Below are positions 20,590 through 30,001 of a stretch of 57,691 nt of DNA, in pieces. Source of the stretch: an uncultured Acidobacteriaceae bacterium (GTDB taxonomy: Bacteria; Acidobacteriota; Terriglobia; Terriglobales; Acidobacteriaceae). The stretch is from assembly GCA_964248055.1 (NCBI GenBank), contig CAXTWN010000004.1:1-57691 (forward strand). The letters run 5' to 3'. How positions within the stretch are numbered: the first letter of the stretch is position 1; each line of letters starts with the position of its first letter. Both the position numbers and the translations under genes were made by a program. The notes under the pieces were generated by a model. It made no database searches. It had not been told where the DNA came from and worked only from the letters and a program-made list of their open reading frames with translations.

Positions 20590-22230
20590 ATGCCGCGAAG
20601 CATCGCCCGGATCGCGGCAACAACTGGGGCTTGTCGGCTTGCAATGCTGGTTCTCATCCTTTCAGAACCGCTGGCGCTCGCGGCTACTTCCTGCGTTGGT
20701 CCGCCCGAATTGCAGGCTCGTGTAAGAACCAGCCCCAGTGCTGATGCCTACACCAACCTGGGCGAGTCGTTCGCCAATCGTAAGGACTTCCACTGCGCTG
20801 CTGACGCGTTCGCCTCGGCATTCCAGTTGCAACCCACGTCTGCATCTGTGGCCTATCTGTGGGGGCTGAGCCTTTCGTCAGCAGGCGAGGAGGAGGGGGC
20901 TGTTGGTCCACTGCAAGAGGCTATACGGCTCGATGCAAACGATATCCGACCTCACCTGCTTTTGGCCGCTGTGTTGGATCGTATGCACAAGGTGGCCGAA
21001 GCCGAGTCTGAATGGCGCAAGGCTCTGGCCATTGATCCGCTGTCGACGGTAGCCCTGGACTCGCTTTCTCAGGAGTTGATCGACCACAAAGACTACTCGT
21101 CGACGATTGCATTGCTCGACAGACCTGACTTAGAGCAAAACCGGACCGCAGTACAAAGCCTCAGCCTGGGAATCGCCTATGCTGGCCGGGTTCAACTCGA
21201 TCATGCTGCACGCGTTTTACGCGAAGGCCTGAATAACAACGAAGATTCCCTGCCGATCGCCAATGAATTGGCCCTGGTCCTGATGCTGCTGGGCCGCAAC
21301 GAAGAGGCCTATTCTGTTTTTGATCTGGCACTTGCCAAACATCCTGGCGATCCGGCGACGCAGATTCTTTACTTGCACGCCATGGTCACGGGTAAGTCAG
21401 ATCGGGCCTTCGACTACAGCCGCACAGTACTTGCGGCTTCGCCAGACCAATGGGAGGTGCTTTACCTTGCAGGTGTTCTGGAGAGTCGGAAGGGCGAGTA
21501 CGCAGCAGCACGCGCACACCTGGAACACTCGGTCATGCTGAATCCCAAATACTTCCAGTCTCAGGAGTTGTTAGGGACCGTTTTATCCCAATTGGGCGAT
21601 CTGCCGGCTGCCAGGCGACATCTAGACCAGGCGATTGCGCTCGGGGACGACCAGCCGGAGGTCGAGTACGATTTGGCCCAGGTCTTGAAGAAGATGGGCG
21701 ACATCACCGACGCGCAGGAGAAACTACGAATCTATCAGGGGTTGAAAAGAAGTCGATCGGACTCGGTAGAGGCCGCCGGAAAAGCAGAGATGGGGGATCA
21801 AGCACTTTCCGACGGCGATCCGTCAAAGGCAGCGTCTCTGTATGGAGAGGCGCTCGCGATCTCTCCTGATCAATCGCTTTTGTATTACAAGTTATCTCAG
21901 GCACAGGAAAGGATGAAGGACTTCGCTGGCGAGGAGACCTCATTGGAACGGGCCATCCACTTGAACCCCAACATCGCTGAGGCTCAGAATCAGTTGGGGT
22001 ATCTGGCTGATCGGGCCGGCGACTTCGCAAGTGCCGAGAGTTACTTCCGCTCCGCTGTACGCGCTTCCCCGTCATATATGGTCGCCTGGATTAACTTAGC
22101 TGCGACCCTGGCTGCCGAAGAAAGATTGCAGGATGCCAAACAGGTCCTGAGTCACGTGAGCGAAATCGATCCGGGAAACGTTCAGGCGCAGCAGTTGGCG
22201 CAGGCACTTAGAAACGCCCACCCGGAATGA
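20590..22230 (+). CDS. Secreted tetratricopeptide repeat protein, divergent from receptor 1
   Basis: Many TPR motifs (AYTNLG, KALAIDP, AIHLNPNIAEAQNQLG); signal-like LAMLVLILSEPLALA. Start uncertain (ORF open from 20410). Confidence 0.85.
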   Translation: MPRSIARIAATTGACRLAMLVLILSEPLALAATSCVGPPELQARVRTSPSADAYTNLGESFANRKDFHCAADAFASAFQLQPTSASVAYLWGLSLSSAGEEEGAVGPLQEAIRLDANDIRPHLLLAAVLDRMHKVAEAESEWRKALAIDPLSTVALDSLSQELIDHKDYSSTIALLDRPDLEQNRTAVQSLSLGIAYAGRVQLDHAARVLREGLNNNEDSLPIANELALVLMLLGRNEEAYSVFDLALAKHPGDPATQILYLHAMVTGKSDRAFDYSRTVLAASPDQWEVLYLAGVLESRKGEYAAARAHLEHSVMLNPKYFQSQELLGTVLSQLGDLPAARRHLDQAIALGDDQPEVEYDLAQVLKKMGDITDAQEKLRIYQGLKRSRSDSVEAAGKAEMGDQALSDGDPSKAASLYGEALAISPDQSLLYYKLSQAQERMKDFAGEETSLERAIHLNPNIAEAQNQLGYLADRAGDFASAESYFRSAVRASPSYMVAWINLAATLAAEERLQDAKQVLSHVSEIDPGNVQAQQLAQALRNAHPE

Positions 22231-22326
22231 GTACCAGTGAAACGGCTATCTTGTCTGCTCGCCAAAATTCTCTCGCGGGCGTCGCACCGCGCAGGCGAAG
22301 GAACCAGACGGCGGAATGGCCGGATT

Positions 22327-23757
22327 TCAACCTAACAGATCAGGACTGCGTGCTGCGGTCCTACCGATCAGTTCGCCAAAGAGGGTATTCGCCCATGCGA
22401 ACCACGCTCTGGTGAATTTGGCAGAGTCGTTCTGATCGTATGACTCATGAATGAAGCCAGTAGACGCCGCGGCTGCCCTCAACATCCTGATCATTCGCGA
22501 GATCTCCGGTCCGGAGTCGCTTGTCAGGGCATACATAATCTGAGACATCGGCCAGATGCTGTTTCTACCTACATGCGGTCCGCCAATTCCCTCCCCGGCC
22601 GTGCCCTCGAAGAACCAGGGGTTCTGCTTGCTCCAGATGAACGTTCGGGTGCGTTTGTACAGAGCCGCGTCGGGGGAACTGTCCAGATAGGGCAGACTCA
22701 GCAGACTCGGGGCGTTGGCGTCATCCATCAGGACGCGGCCGCCGTACCCGTCTACTTCATACGCCCAAATCTCTCCGGCGGAGGTCGACGCGGTTCCATA
22801 TTGCTGGAGCGCAGCTTCGACCTCCTTGGCCAAATCGTCTGCCTCATTCGCCATCTTTGCATCATGAAGAATGCCATTCGCCATCGTGGAGAACTCTCGG
22901 AGCGAGGTGACGGCGAAGAGATTTGCGGGAACCAAGAATGGAAAGATGCAGGCATCATCGGACGGTCGAAACGCCGATGCGATAAGGCCCGTTGGTTTGC
23001 AGGGATTGCCTATCCCATTCACCAGCGAATCGGTAGGATTCAGGGCGGCGCGTTGGAAGCGGTAAGGGCCAGAGTCGAGCTTCCTTTGCTGCACCCGCAT
23101 GGTGGAGAGGACGTTCTGCATCGCCGCCTTCCACTGTGCATCGAACGGCCTTGTATCGCCCGTGTTCTTCCAGTACCCGTGCGCGAGACGAATGGGATAA
23201 CACAAGGAATCGAGCTCATACTTGCGCTCACCCACCCCTCGCCTCATTTCAGTCTCGTCGTGGCGACTTCCTGCGAGCGGCGGCGCGTTCAGATCCGCCA
23301 TAAAGCAATTCGCGTAGGGGTCGATGAGGAGACAGCGAACCTGCCGTCGAATGACGCCTTCGAGCAGGCCGCGTAAACGAGCGTCTTCCGATGCCAGCGG
23401 CAGATACGGCCAAACCTGGGCGGAGGAATCCCGGAGCCACATCGCGTCGATGTCACCGGTCACTACGACGGTGTCGGGGCTCCCTTCGAACGTACTTGGC
23501 TGGACGGTTGTATCCAGAGTATTGGGAAAACAGTTTGCGAAGAGTGAAGAGAGGAGTGGGTCGGTGATTCTCCGACAGACGGAGGCGATATACCCCTCAA
23601 CGGCTTCACTGCGGAATCTGCGGTCACCTGGCGGTGGTCGCTTGGAGTCGGGCCGTTCCGGCTCTTGACGCAGTTGGCGCGGAAGGAGTGACGCTGCGGC
23701 CGTTCCGGCCACGAGCGAACTCAGTTGCGTTACGAGATCCCGCCTAGTTAGTTTCAT
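22327..23757 (-). CDS. Glycoside hydrolase family 125 exo-alpha-1,6-mannosidase, Tat-exported
   Basis: CFPNTLDTTV, TGDIDAMWLRDS, ERKYELDSLCY, FRPSDD, YEVDG, MDDANAPSLL, FTRAWFAWAN; TRRDLV. Confidence 0.95.
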   Translation of the reverse strand: MKLTRRDLVTQLSSLVAGTAAASLLPRQLRQEPERPDSKRPPPGDRRFRSEAVEGYIASVCRRITDPLLSSLFANCFPNTLDTTVQPSTFEGSPDTVVVTGDIDAMWLRDSSAQVWPYLPLASEDARLRGLLEGVIRRQVRCLLIDPYANCFMADLNAPPLAGSRHDETEMRRGVGERKYELDSLCYPIRLAHGYWKNTGDTRPFDAQWKAAMQNVLSTMRVQQRKLDSGPYRFQRAALNPTDSLVNGIGNPCKPTGLIASAFRPSDDACIFPFLVPANLFAVTSLREFSTMANGILHDAKMANEADDLAKEVEAALQQYGTASTSAGEIWAYEVDGYGGRVLMDDANAPSLLSLPYLDSSPDAALYKRTRTFIWSKQNPWFFEGTAGEGIGGPHVGRNSIWPMSQIMYALTSDSGPEISRMIRMLRAAAASTGFIHESYDQNDSAKFTRAWFAWANTLFGELIGRTAARSPDLLG

Positions 23758-23808
23758 CTTTCTGATGCGCTACGAGATCTCGCCTACTTAGTCTCACCTT
23801 TCTTGATG
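23731..23808. repeat. Diverged 40-bp-period tandem duplication of the GH125 RBS/start/Tat region
   Basis: TACGAGATCCCGCCTAGTTAGTTTCATCTTTCTGATG (23731) vs TACGAGATCTCGCCTACTTAGTCTCACCTTTCTTGATG (23771). Confidence 0.85.
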
Positions 23809-23952
23809 ATCCCGTCCATCTCGATGGTTGCGCCTACGAGGTGGCGTGACGGACGCACGCTGCGACAAAGCGAACCGCGCTTCATCGTTTGCAACTGCTT
23901 CTCCTTGACCATGTCGTTCGAAACGACAACTCCCAGTAGGTCTTGCAGCGAG

Positions 23953-23989
23953 ATCATATACTCCCGGCGTATTCTAGACAACGTTGTCA
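23953..23989 (-). promoter_or_regulatory. LacI-type operator (minus-strand TGACAACGTTGTCT, 23976-23989) overlapping promoter TTGTCT-N17-TATGAT
   Basis: 13/14 match to the 1572 palindrome; same GGAGTATATGAT -10 context as the 1572 promoter. Confidence 0.8.
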
Positions 23990-24210
23990 TCCGGATCCAC
24001 CGGGAGCGGCCCACGGTTCTTTCAAGGGTTCCCGGCTCAGACACCTAGGACAGCGGCTGTAGGCTGTGGCACGACATCAGCGATTGAAACGTACGACCGT
24101 ATGCATACGGCAGCGAGCCCCAGGCAAGGAGTTTCCGGTGCTGCTCAAAACCGCGATTGTGGCCGGAGCGAGGACATGCGACCGCAGGTATTCGGCTCAC
24201 GACGAAGGCT

Positions 24211-25719
24211 CTATGCGAATCGTCGTGGAGAGAGGAAGCAAGGATGGTTCGTCCGCTTCGCCCACCCAGATGGTGCGACGTCCGTAATGGGTCGCCCCAA
24301 CGCTGTTTGCACTCGCTCTAATGTTGAAGGGCGCGCTGGTCCAGTTGTATGGTGACCGCTTTCGACGCACGCGGTTCCAAATAGATGCAGTCGAAGCCCC
24401 GCAAGGAACACGTGCGGTTTGTCCGCGGGGTTGGGCTTACACCAGCCCTCGGCGGTGACGTTGCCGTGTCGCACGATCATGAGGCTGCCGAAGGTGTTGA
24501 CGTTCCTGTCGGCGGCCTTGATGAAAGGCACGATGGCCTGCGACGAAATGCCTTGCGCCGCAGGTATGCTTCTTGGCAGGTCAGCGTGATCACCTGCATC
24601 CGCGGCGGGCAGCGACAACGACGCGGTCAGTGCATCCAGAGCGGAGATCAACGCGCCCGTGCCGCTGTCCTCCGGAGGTCCCGTCCACACCACAGAAAAG
24701 CGATCGTCCTCTGTTCGCGCACGTTCCCAAACGGAGTTCGCATTGGCGTTGATCAGCGTTCGGATCGCCTGTGATGGAGAGCTCCTGTATAGCGAGACGA
24801 GATTGCGGACCAGGATGCCCTTAAACTGCACGCCATCCTCACCGCACTTCGGCTCGCAGGAATCATGCAAGACGCCAGTTGCATCGGTCAGGTGGGTGCC
24901 GACCGCCGCGGCAATCTTGTTCGCCGTCTGTAGCGCGACCTGGTCTCCTGTCAGCTGATGCATGCCTGCCAGAGCGGTCAGGATTACACCCTGGTTGTAC
25001 GTCCATGTCGTTCGGCCATTGTTCTTGCAGTGCGCGTCCAGCCCGTCACTTACAAGCGAATCCGCATTGATCATCCCCGAGGAGAGAAACCAGCTCTGCT
25101 CCTTCCGCGCCCAATCGAGATATTGCGCTTGCGTCTCGCCCCTTGTGATCTCAGCCAATTGCACCGCGACGGAAAAGAACAGTTCATTGGCAATGGCGTT
25201 CTTGTAGCGTTCGTTCTTCTTCCACCAGATACCGCCACCGCAGGTGTCAGACCATCCACCGCTCATATCCGCGAAGATGGACTGAGCCATCTTCAGGTAC
25301 CGATCCTCGTGGCGAAGCGCATACGCATCCACCCAGGCGAGTGCCCACCAGCCTTCGTCGTCGTAGAACTCGTTCAGAAAGCCCGGAAATTTGTGCTGCG
25401 CCTGATTGAACGTACTGCTGAGCAAGTCGTCGAACTCGCGCGTCTGGAGATCACGGCTCCCATCCACCAGAACGGTCATCCCGTTAGCGGAGTTCCACCA
25501 GCCTGTTCCGTGGAAGAGCCCCGTGCTCGGGTCATAGGTTGACGCCAGCGCACGCATCGCTGCAAGCACTCTCTGCTGCTCCGCTGTAAGCACCCTTTGT
25601 TGTTTCCTCGCGGTGTCTTGGGCAAACACGCAGGCGCCGCACAGGAAGGCAAGAACCAGACCGAAGCATAGCGTGCGCGATGGTGCTTTCTGGATGCGTG
25701 GCACACACACATCTTGCAC
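24211..25719 (-). CDS. Glycoside hydrolase family 76 alpha-1,6-mannanase with a C-terminal serine-hydrolase-like remnant
   Basis: WWNSAN, FYDDEGWWALAW (DD catalytic pair), CGGGIWW, YKNAIANEL, WTYNQGVIL, DGVQFKGILVRNL; signal peptide. Start moved to GTG 25719 after GGAGGGGAG. Confidence 0.9.
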   Translation of the reverse strand: MQDVCVPRIQKAPSRTLCFGLVLAFLCGACVFAQDTARKQQRVLTAEQQRVLAAMRALASTYDPSTGLFHGTGWWNSANGMTVLVDGSRDLQTREFDDLLSSTFNQAQHKFPGFLNEFYDDEGWWALAWVDAYALRHEDRYLKMAQSIFADMSGGWSDTCGGGIWWKKNERYKNAIANELFFSVAVQLAEITRGETQAQYLDWARKEQSWFLSSGMINADSLVSDGLDAHCKNNGRTTWTYNQGVILTALAGMHQLTGDQVALQTANKIAAAVGTHLTDATGVLHDSCEPKCGEDGVQFKGILVRNLVSLYRSSPSQAIRTLINANANSVWERARTEDDRFSVVWTGPPEDSGTGALISALDALTASLSLPAADAGDHADLPRSIPAAQGISSQAIVPFIKAADRNVNTFGSLMIVRHGNVTAEGWCKPNPADKPHVFLAGLRLHLFGTACVESGHHTTGPARPSTLERVQTALGRPITDVAPSGWAKRTNHPCFLSPRRFA

Positions 25720-25826
25720 CAGAAGACTCCCCTCCGCGTTCTCCGTGTGCGAGCTGATGAAGCTTACCGCTGCCGAGCCGGGGCAGGGCGCACCGAGAGG
25801 TGGTCTGGCCCGAGGGCACAAAAGCG

Positions 25827-25883
25827 TTGACAGACGTTCCCCGGGGGATAAGAATGCGTCTACGGCGATGGAATCGCTACCAT
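25827..25883 (+). promoter_or_regulatory. Promoter TTGACA-N17-AAGAAT plus second-type LacI operator ATGGAATCGCTACCAT (25868-25883)
   Basis: Imperfect palindrome with central CG in the GH76/GH38 divergent spacer; 15/16 identical to 34931-34946. Confidence 0.75.
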
Positions 25884-26072
25884 TGCAAGCTGGGACACAG
25901 ACACGAACTTCACGCGAGGTCAGGCATCCCAGCTTTCCCTTGGCCGCCGGCGGCGGCGGCGGGAGTGCCAGCCTCGTCTTGCCGCGGGCCGAGCGACGCC
26001 TGCCGGAGCTTCCGGCGATTGACCGCAAGGACGCGCGATCCAAACAGAACCATCGCTTCAACTGGAGAATCT

Positions 26073-29000
26073 ATGACGTCCTCGTGCACGCGAATCGTGC
26101 CGGCTCTGTTGCTTTCGGTCGCCTTCACTGCCCCTCAGTCACGGGCGCAGTCGACGGACAAGCCTGACCTTACGAAACAGCCAACGCTTTATGCGGTCGG
26201 GTACGCGCATTTGGATACGGAGTGGCGCTGGGAGTACCCGCAGGTGATTGATGAATACCTGCGCCGGACGATGAACGACAACTTCGCTCTGTTCGAGAAG
26301 TATCCGCACTATGTATTCAACTTCAGCGGAGCGAATCGCTACCGTCTCATGCAGGAGTATTTCCCCGCAGATTTCGATCGGCTGAAGCACTATGTGGCGC
26401 AGGGACGCTGGTTTCCTGCAGGTTCCTCGATGGAAGAGGGCGATGTGAACGCCCCGAACGCCGAAGCGGTGATCCGGCAGATTCTTTATGGCAATGAGTG
26501 GTTTCGCAAGAACTTCGGCGAAGCGAGTGAAGAGTACATGTTGCCGGACTGCTTCGGTTTTCCGTCCTCCTTGCCCAGCATCCTTGCCCACTCCGGCGTG
26601 AAGGGCTTCTCAACCCAGAAGCTCTCCTGGGGCTCTTCGGCCAATGTAGGCGGGCCTGAGTCGCTGGAGAACACGCCGGAGGGCACGCCGTTCAATGTTG
26701 GGGTCTGGGTCGGCCCCGACGGATCGGGCGTCCTTGCCGCGATGAACCCGGGAGGCTATGGCAGCCGCGTCACCTCGGACCTGAGCAAACCGTTTCCACC
26801 CATGCCGCCCGACCCAGCGCTCGCCGACATAGAGCAGCGGTTGTCCTCCATGGAGTTTAAGGTCAGGTCCTCGGGTGCGGGTCAGACACCCGACGAGCAA
26901 ACGATCCAGACGTATGTGTCTCTGCGTAACGAGCGATCGGGCTTGGAGCGGGAACAACAGGATCTGCAGCGGCAACGTTTCCAGGAAGACTGGGCCGCAC
27001 GCGTCCTGAACAACGGCAAGGTTACCGGCCTTATGGCGGATTACCACTACTTCGGCACAGGCGACATCGGCGGTGCTCCGACCGAGGAGTCGGTGAAGCG
27101 GCTGGAGGCCATCATCACCAAGGGTTCCGTGGACATGCCGCCCCCGAACGCGATCCAAGATCGGAGTTCGCAGCAGACCGCCTGGCCTGTCGTGGCGGTC
27201 GGTCAGGGCCCTGTGCACGTGATCTCGGCTACTGCGGATCAGATGTTTAAGGACATCACGCCCGCGGAAGCTGCAGCCCTGCCCCGCTATACCGGCGAGC
27301 TCGAACTGACCAATCACTCCGCCGGTTCGTTGACCTCACAGGCGTACCAGAAGCGCTGGATCCGTAAAGAAGAACTCCTTGCCGACGCGGCCGAAAGGAG
27401 TTCCATTGCAGCGCAATGGCTCGGGGGGCGTTCGTATCCGCAGGAACGGCTGACCAATGCGTGGACGCTGGCCATGGCCGCGCACTTCCACGACCTGGCT
27501 GCAGGCACCGCCACTCCACGAGCGTATGAGTTTGCCTGGAACGATGATGTGATCGCCATGAACCAGTTCGCGGACGTGCTGAAGAGCGCGACCGCTGCAG
27601 TCTCGGAGGGCTTGAACACACAGGGCAAGGGAAGGTCTGTGGTGGTCTTCAACCAACTGAACATCCCGCGACAGGACCTGGTGGAAGCCTCGATCGACTT
27701 CGGCGGCAACACACCCAAGTATGTACGTGTCACCGGGCCTGACGGCGCCGCGGTACCCGCCCAGGTCTCGAACGGCAAGGTCGTCTTCGCCGCCAGCGTG
27801 CCCTCGGTCGGGTATGCCGTCTACGACGTGCAGCCGGCAACCGGCGTCGAGGGGACTGCCTCTGCGCTCCGTGTCACACAGAACGAACTGGAGAATGAGT
27901 TCTATCGCGTTACCCTGAACGACGATGGCGATGTGGCCAGCATCTTCGACAAGAAGGCCAACCGGGAGCTTCTCCGAAGTCCCGCGCGGCTTGCGCTCTC
28001 CTACGACAACCCGCAGCAATGGCCGGCCTGGAACATGGACTGGACGCAGGAACAAGCCACGCCCCGGGAGTACGTCTCCGGTCCCGCAAGGATGCGCGTC
28101 GTCGAGAACGGCCCTGCCCGCGTCGCCCTTGAGATCACTCGTGACACGGCCGGCTCACACTTTGTGCAGACCGTCCGCCTTTCCGCGGGCGACTCAGGCA
28201 AGCGTCTTGAGTTCGCCAACGTCATCGACTGGAAGACCAAGGAGCGCAATCTAAAGGCCACCTTCCCGCTGGTCGCCTCCAACGAGATGGCCACCTACAA
28301 CTGGGACATCGGCACGATCAAGCGGCCCACCGCCGATCCCAAGAAGTTCGAGGTGCCGTCTCACCAGTGGGTCGACCTTACGGACATGAGTGAGCAGTTC
28401 GGCGCCACCATCCTGACGGATGCCAAGAACGGCTCCGACAAGCCCGACGATCACACCATCCGCCTGACGTTGCTTCGCACCCCGGGGGTGCAGGCCGGGT
28501 ATCCGGATGAGGCCACGCAGGACTTTGGGCATCACGAGTTCGTGTACGGCTTCGCGGGGCACAGCAGCGACTGGCGAAGCGCGCAGACGGACTGGCAAGG
28601 GCAACGCTTGAATGCTCCCCTGATTGCCTTCGAGGCCGCCAAGCACACGAGCGCTTTGGGCAAGCAGTTCTCCTTGCTCAAGGTCAGCAACCCTCGCATT
28701 CGCGTTCTGGCCGTCAAGAAAGCAGAAGAAAGCGACGAAGTCGTCGTGCGCCTGGTGGAGTTGGATGGAAGGCCGCAGCCGGAGGTGCACGTCGCCTTCG
28801 CGGCCCCGATCACGGCCGCTCGGGAGGTGAACGGGCAGGAGCAGCCCGTCGGTAACGCGCGACTCACTGCGGGAGAACTGGTGACGTCCTTCAGCGCCTA
28901 CCAGCCTCGCACCTTCGCCCTGAAGCTCGGTTCGGCCCCGGCTGCGGCAGAACCGGTCCGCTCTGCGCCCGTTGCGCTCCGCTACGACGTCGCGGCTGCC

Positions 29001-29666
29001 AGCAACCCCGGCGTTTCAATCACGGATGGCTTCGATGGCCAGGGCGACGCTCTGCCGGCGGAGATGCTGCCCGAAAAGATTGCGTTCAACGACGTCGTCT
29101 TTCAACTCGCGCCGTCACAGACCGGGACGCCCGATGCGGTGGTGGCCAAAGGACAACGGATCGCTCTGCCTGGCGGGCAGTACAACCGTATCTACCTCCT
29201 TGCGGCTGCGACGAACGGCGATCAAAAAGGCGCGTTTGCGATCGGCAGCAGGAACGCTGATCTCACCATCGAGGACTGGAGCGGCTTCGTCGGGCAGTGG
29301 GACGACCGCACCTGGAGCTCCAAAGATGTGTCGCACGATCACTATGGCGAGATGACAGGGTTGAAGCCGGGCTTCATCAAGCGCGACGATCTTGCCTGGT
29401 ACTCGGATCATCATCACGACAGCAGCGGCAAGAACGTCACCTACAGCTACTCCTACCTGTTTGCCTACGGGCTCGATCTGCCCGCCGGGGCAGACGCGAT
29501 CACGCTGCCCCAGAACCCAAACATTCGCATCCTGGCGATCTCGGTCGCCAATCAAACCGTCGAAGCCAAACCTGTGCAGCCGCTCTATGACGTGTTGCCT
29601 GCACATGGCGTCGACCTGACCCACTACGCTGCGACTGCACTGGATAGGGCTTCAGCCACGCGTTGA
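26073..29666 (+). CDS. Glycoside hydrolase family 38 alpha-mannosidase, secreted
   Basis: GYAHLDTEWRW (Zn-binding HxD), MLPDCFGF (nucleophile), HFHDLAAGT, VVFNQLN, KFEVP, RLTLLRTP; signal peptide. Start moved to ATG 26073 after GGAG. Confidence 0.93.
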   Translation: MTSSCTRIVPALLLSVAFTAPQSRAQSTDKPDLTKQPTLYAVGYAHLDTEWRWEYPQVIDEYLRRTMNDNFALFEKYPHYVFNFSGANRYRLMQEYFPADFDRLKHYVAQGRWFPAGSSMEEGDVNAPNAEAVIRQILYGNEWFRKNFGEASEEYMLPDCFGFPSSLPSILAHSGVKGFSTQKLSWGSSANVGGPESLENTPEGTPFNVGVWVGPDGSGVLAAMNPGGYGSRVTSDLSKPFPPMPPDPALADIEQRLSSMEFKVRSSGAGQTPDEQTIQTYVSLRNERSGLEREQQDLQRQRFQEDWAARVLNNGKVTGLMADYHYFGTGDIGGAPTEESVKRLEAIITKGSVDMPPPNAIQDRSSQQTAWPVVAVGQGPVHVISATADQMFKDITPAEAAALPRYTGELELTNHSAGSLTSQAYQKRWIRKEELLADAAERSSIAAQWLGGRSYPQERLTNAWTLAMAAHFHDLAAGTATPRAYEFAWNDDVIAMNQFADVLKSATAAVSEGLNTQGKGRSVVVFNQLNIPRQDLVEASIDFGGNTPKYVRVTGPDGAAVPAQVSNGKVVFAASVPSVGYAVYDVQPATGVEGTASALRVTQNELENEFYRVTLNDDGDVASIFDKKANRELLRSPARLALSYDNPQQWPAWNMDWTQEQATPREYVSGPARMRVVENGPARVALEITRDTAGSHFVQTVRLSAGDSGKRLEFANVIDWKTKERNLKATFPLVASNEMATYNWDIGTIKRPTADPKKFEVPSHQWVDLTDMSEQFGATILTDAKNGSDKPDDHTIRLTLLRTPGVQAGYPDEATQDFGHHEFVYGFAGHSSDWRSAQTDWQGQRLNAPLIAFEAAKHTSALGKQFSLLKVSNPRIRVLAVKKAEESDEVVVRLVELDGRPQPEVHVAFAAPITAAREVNGQEQPVGNARLTAGELVTSFSAYQPRTFALKLGSAPAAAEPVRSAPVALRYDVAAASNPGVSITDGFDGQGDALPAEMLPEKIAFNDVVFQLAPSQTGTPDAVVAKGQRIALPGGQYNRIYLLAAATNGDQKGAFAIGSRNADLTIEDWSGFVGQWDDRTWSSKDVSHDHYGEMTGLKPGFIKRDDLAWYSDHHHDSSGKNVTYSYSYLFAYGLDLPAGADAITLPQNPNIRILAISVANQTVEAKPVQPLYDVLPAHGVDLTHYAATALDRASATR

Positions 29667-29669
29667 CAT

Positions 29670-29975
29670 TGGGCTGCTCGGCGCGATCGGCACCGCGGGG
29701 TGCCTGGCGGGTGCAACAGGCATCTTCGCCACGCATCGGCACCAGGTGCTGCTGGTTGGGCGCTGGTGGCGTCCATCGCCTTCTTCGCTGTCCCGCAAGG
29801 CGCAGAGATCTGGTTATACATCAGCAAGGTCTCTCCCACGCAGGTTCGCGGCAAGGGCCAGAGTCTCGGTTCAACACATGATTATGAACGCCATCCTGTG
29901 GGGTGTGTTCCCGGTCATCGCCGCCCGTTCCGGGGCTTACCCCTTCGCGTTCTTCGCTCTCATGATGGTGGTTCA
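29670..29975 (+). pseudogene. Frameshifted C-terminal remnant of an MFS sugar porter
   Basis: Pieces in shifting frames: LLGAIGTAGCLAG..IFATHRHQVLLV / ALVASIAFFAVPQGAEIWLYISKVSPTQVRGKGQSLGS / IMNAILWGVFPVIAARSGAYPFAFFALMMVV. These align by eye with the C-terminal helices of the intact porter at 8993-10312. Confidence 0.8.
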
Positions 29976-30001
29976 TCACGAAGCATCCGGCCGGCATGCC
30001 A

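Noticed and set aside
25720-26072. Apparent overlap of the GH76 and GH38 ORF 5' ends
   Set aside because: Over-extended starts. RBS and signal peptides give 25719 and 26073, leaving a promoter/operator spacer.
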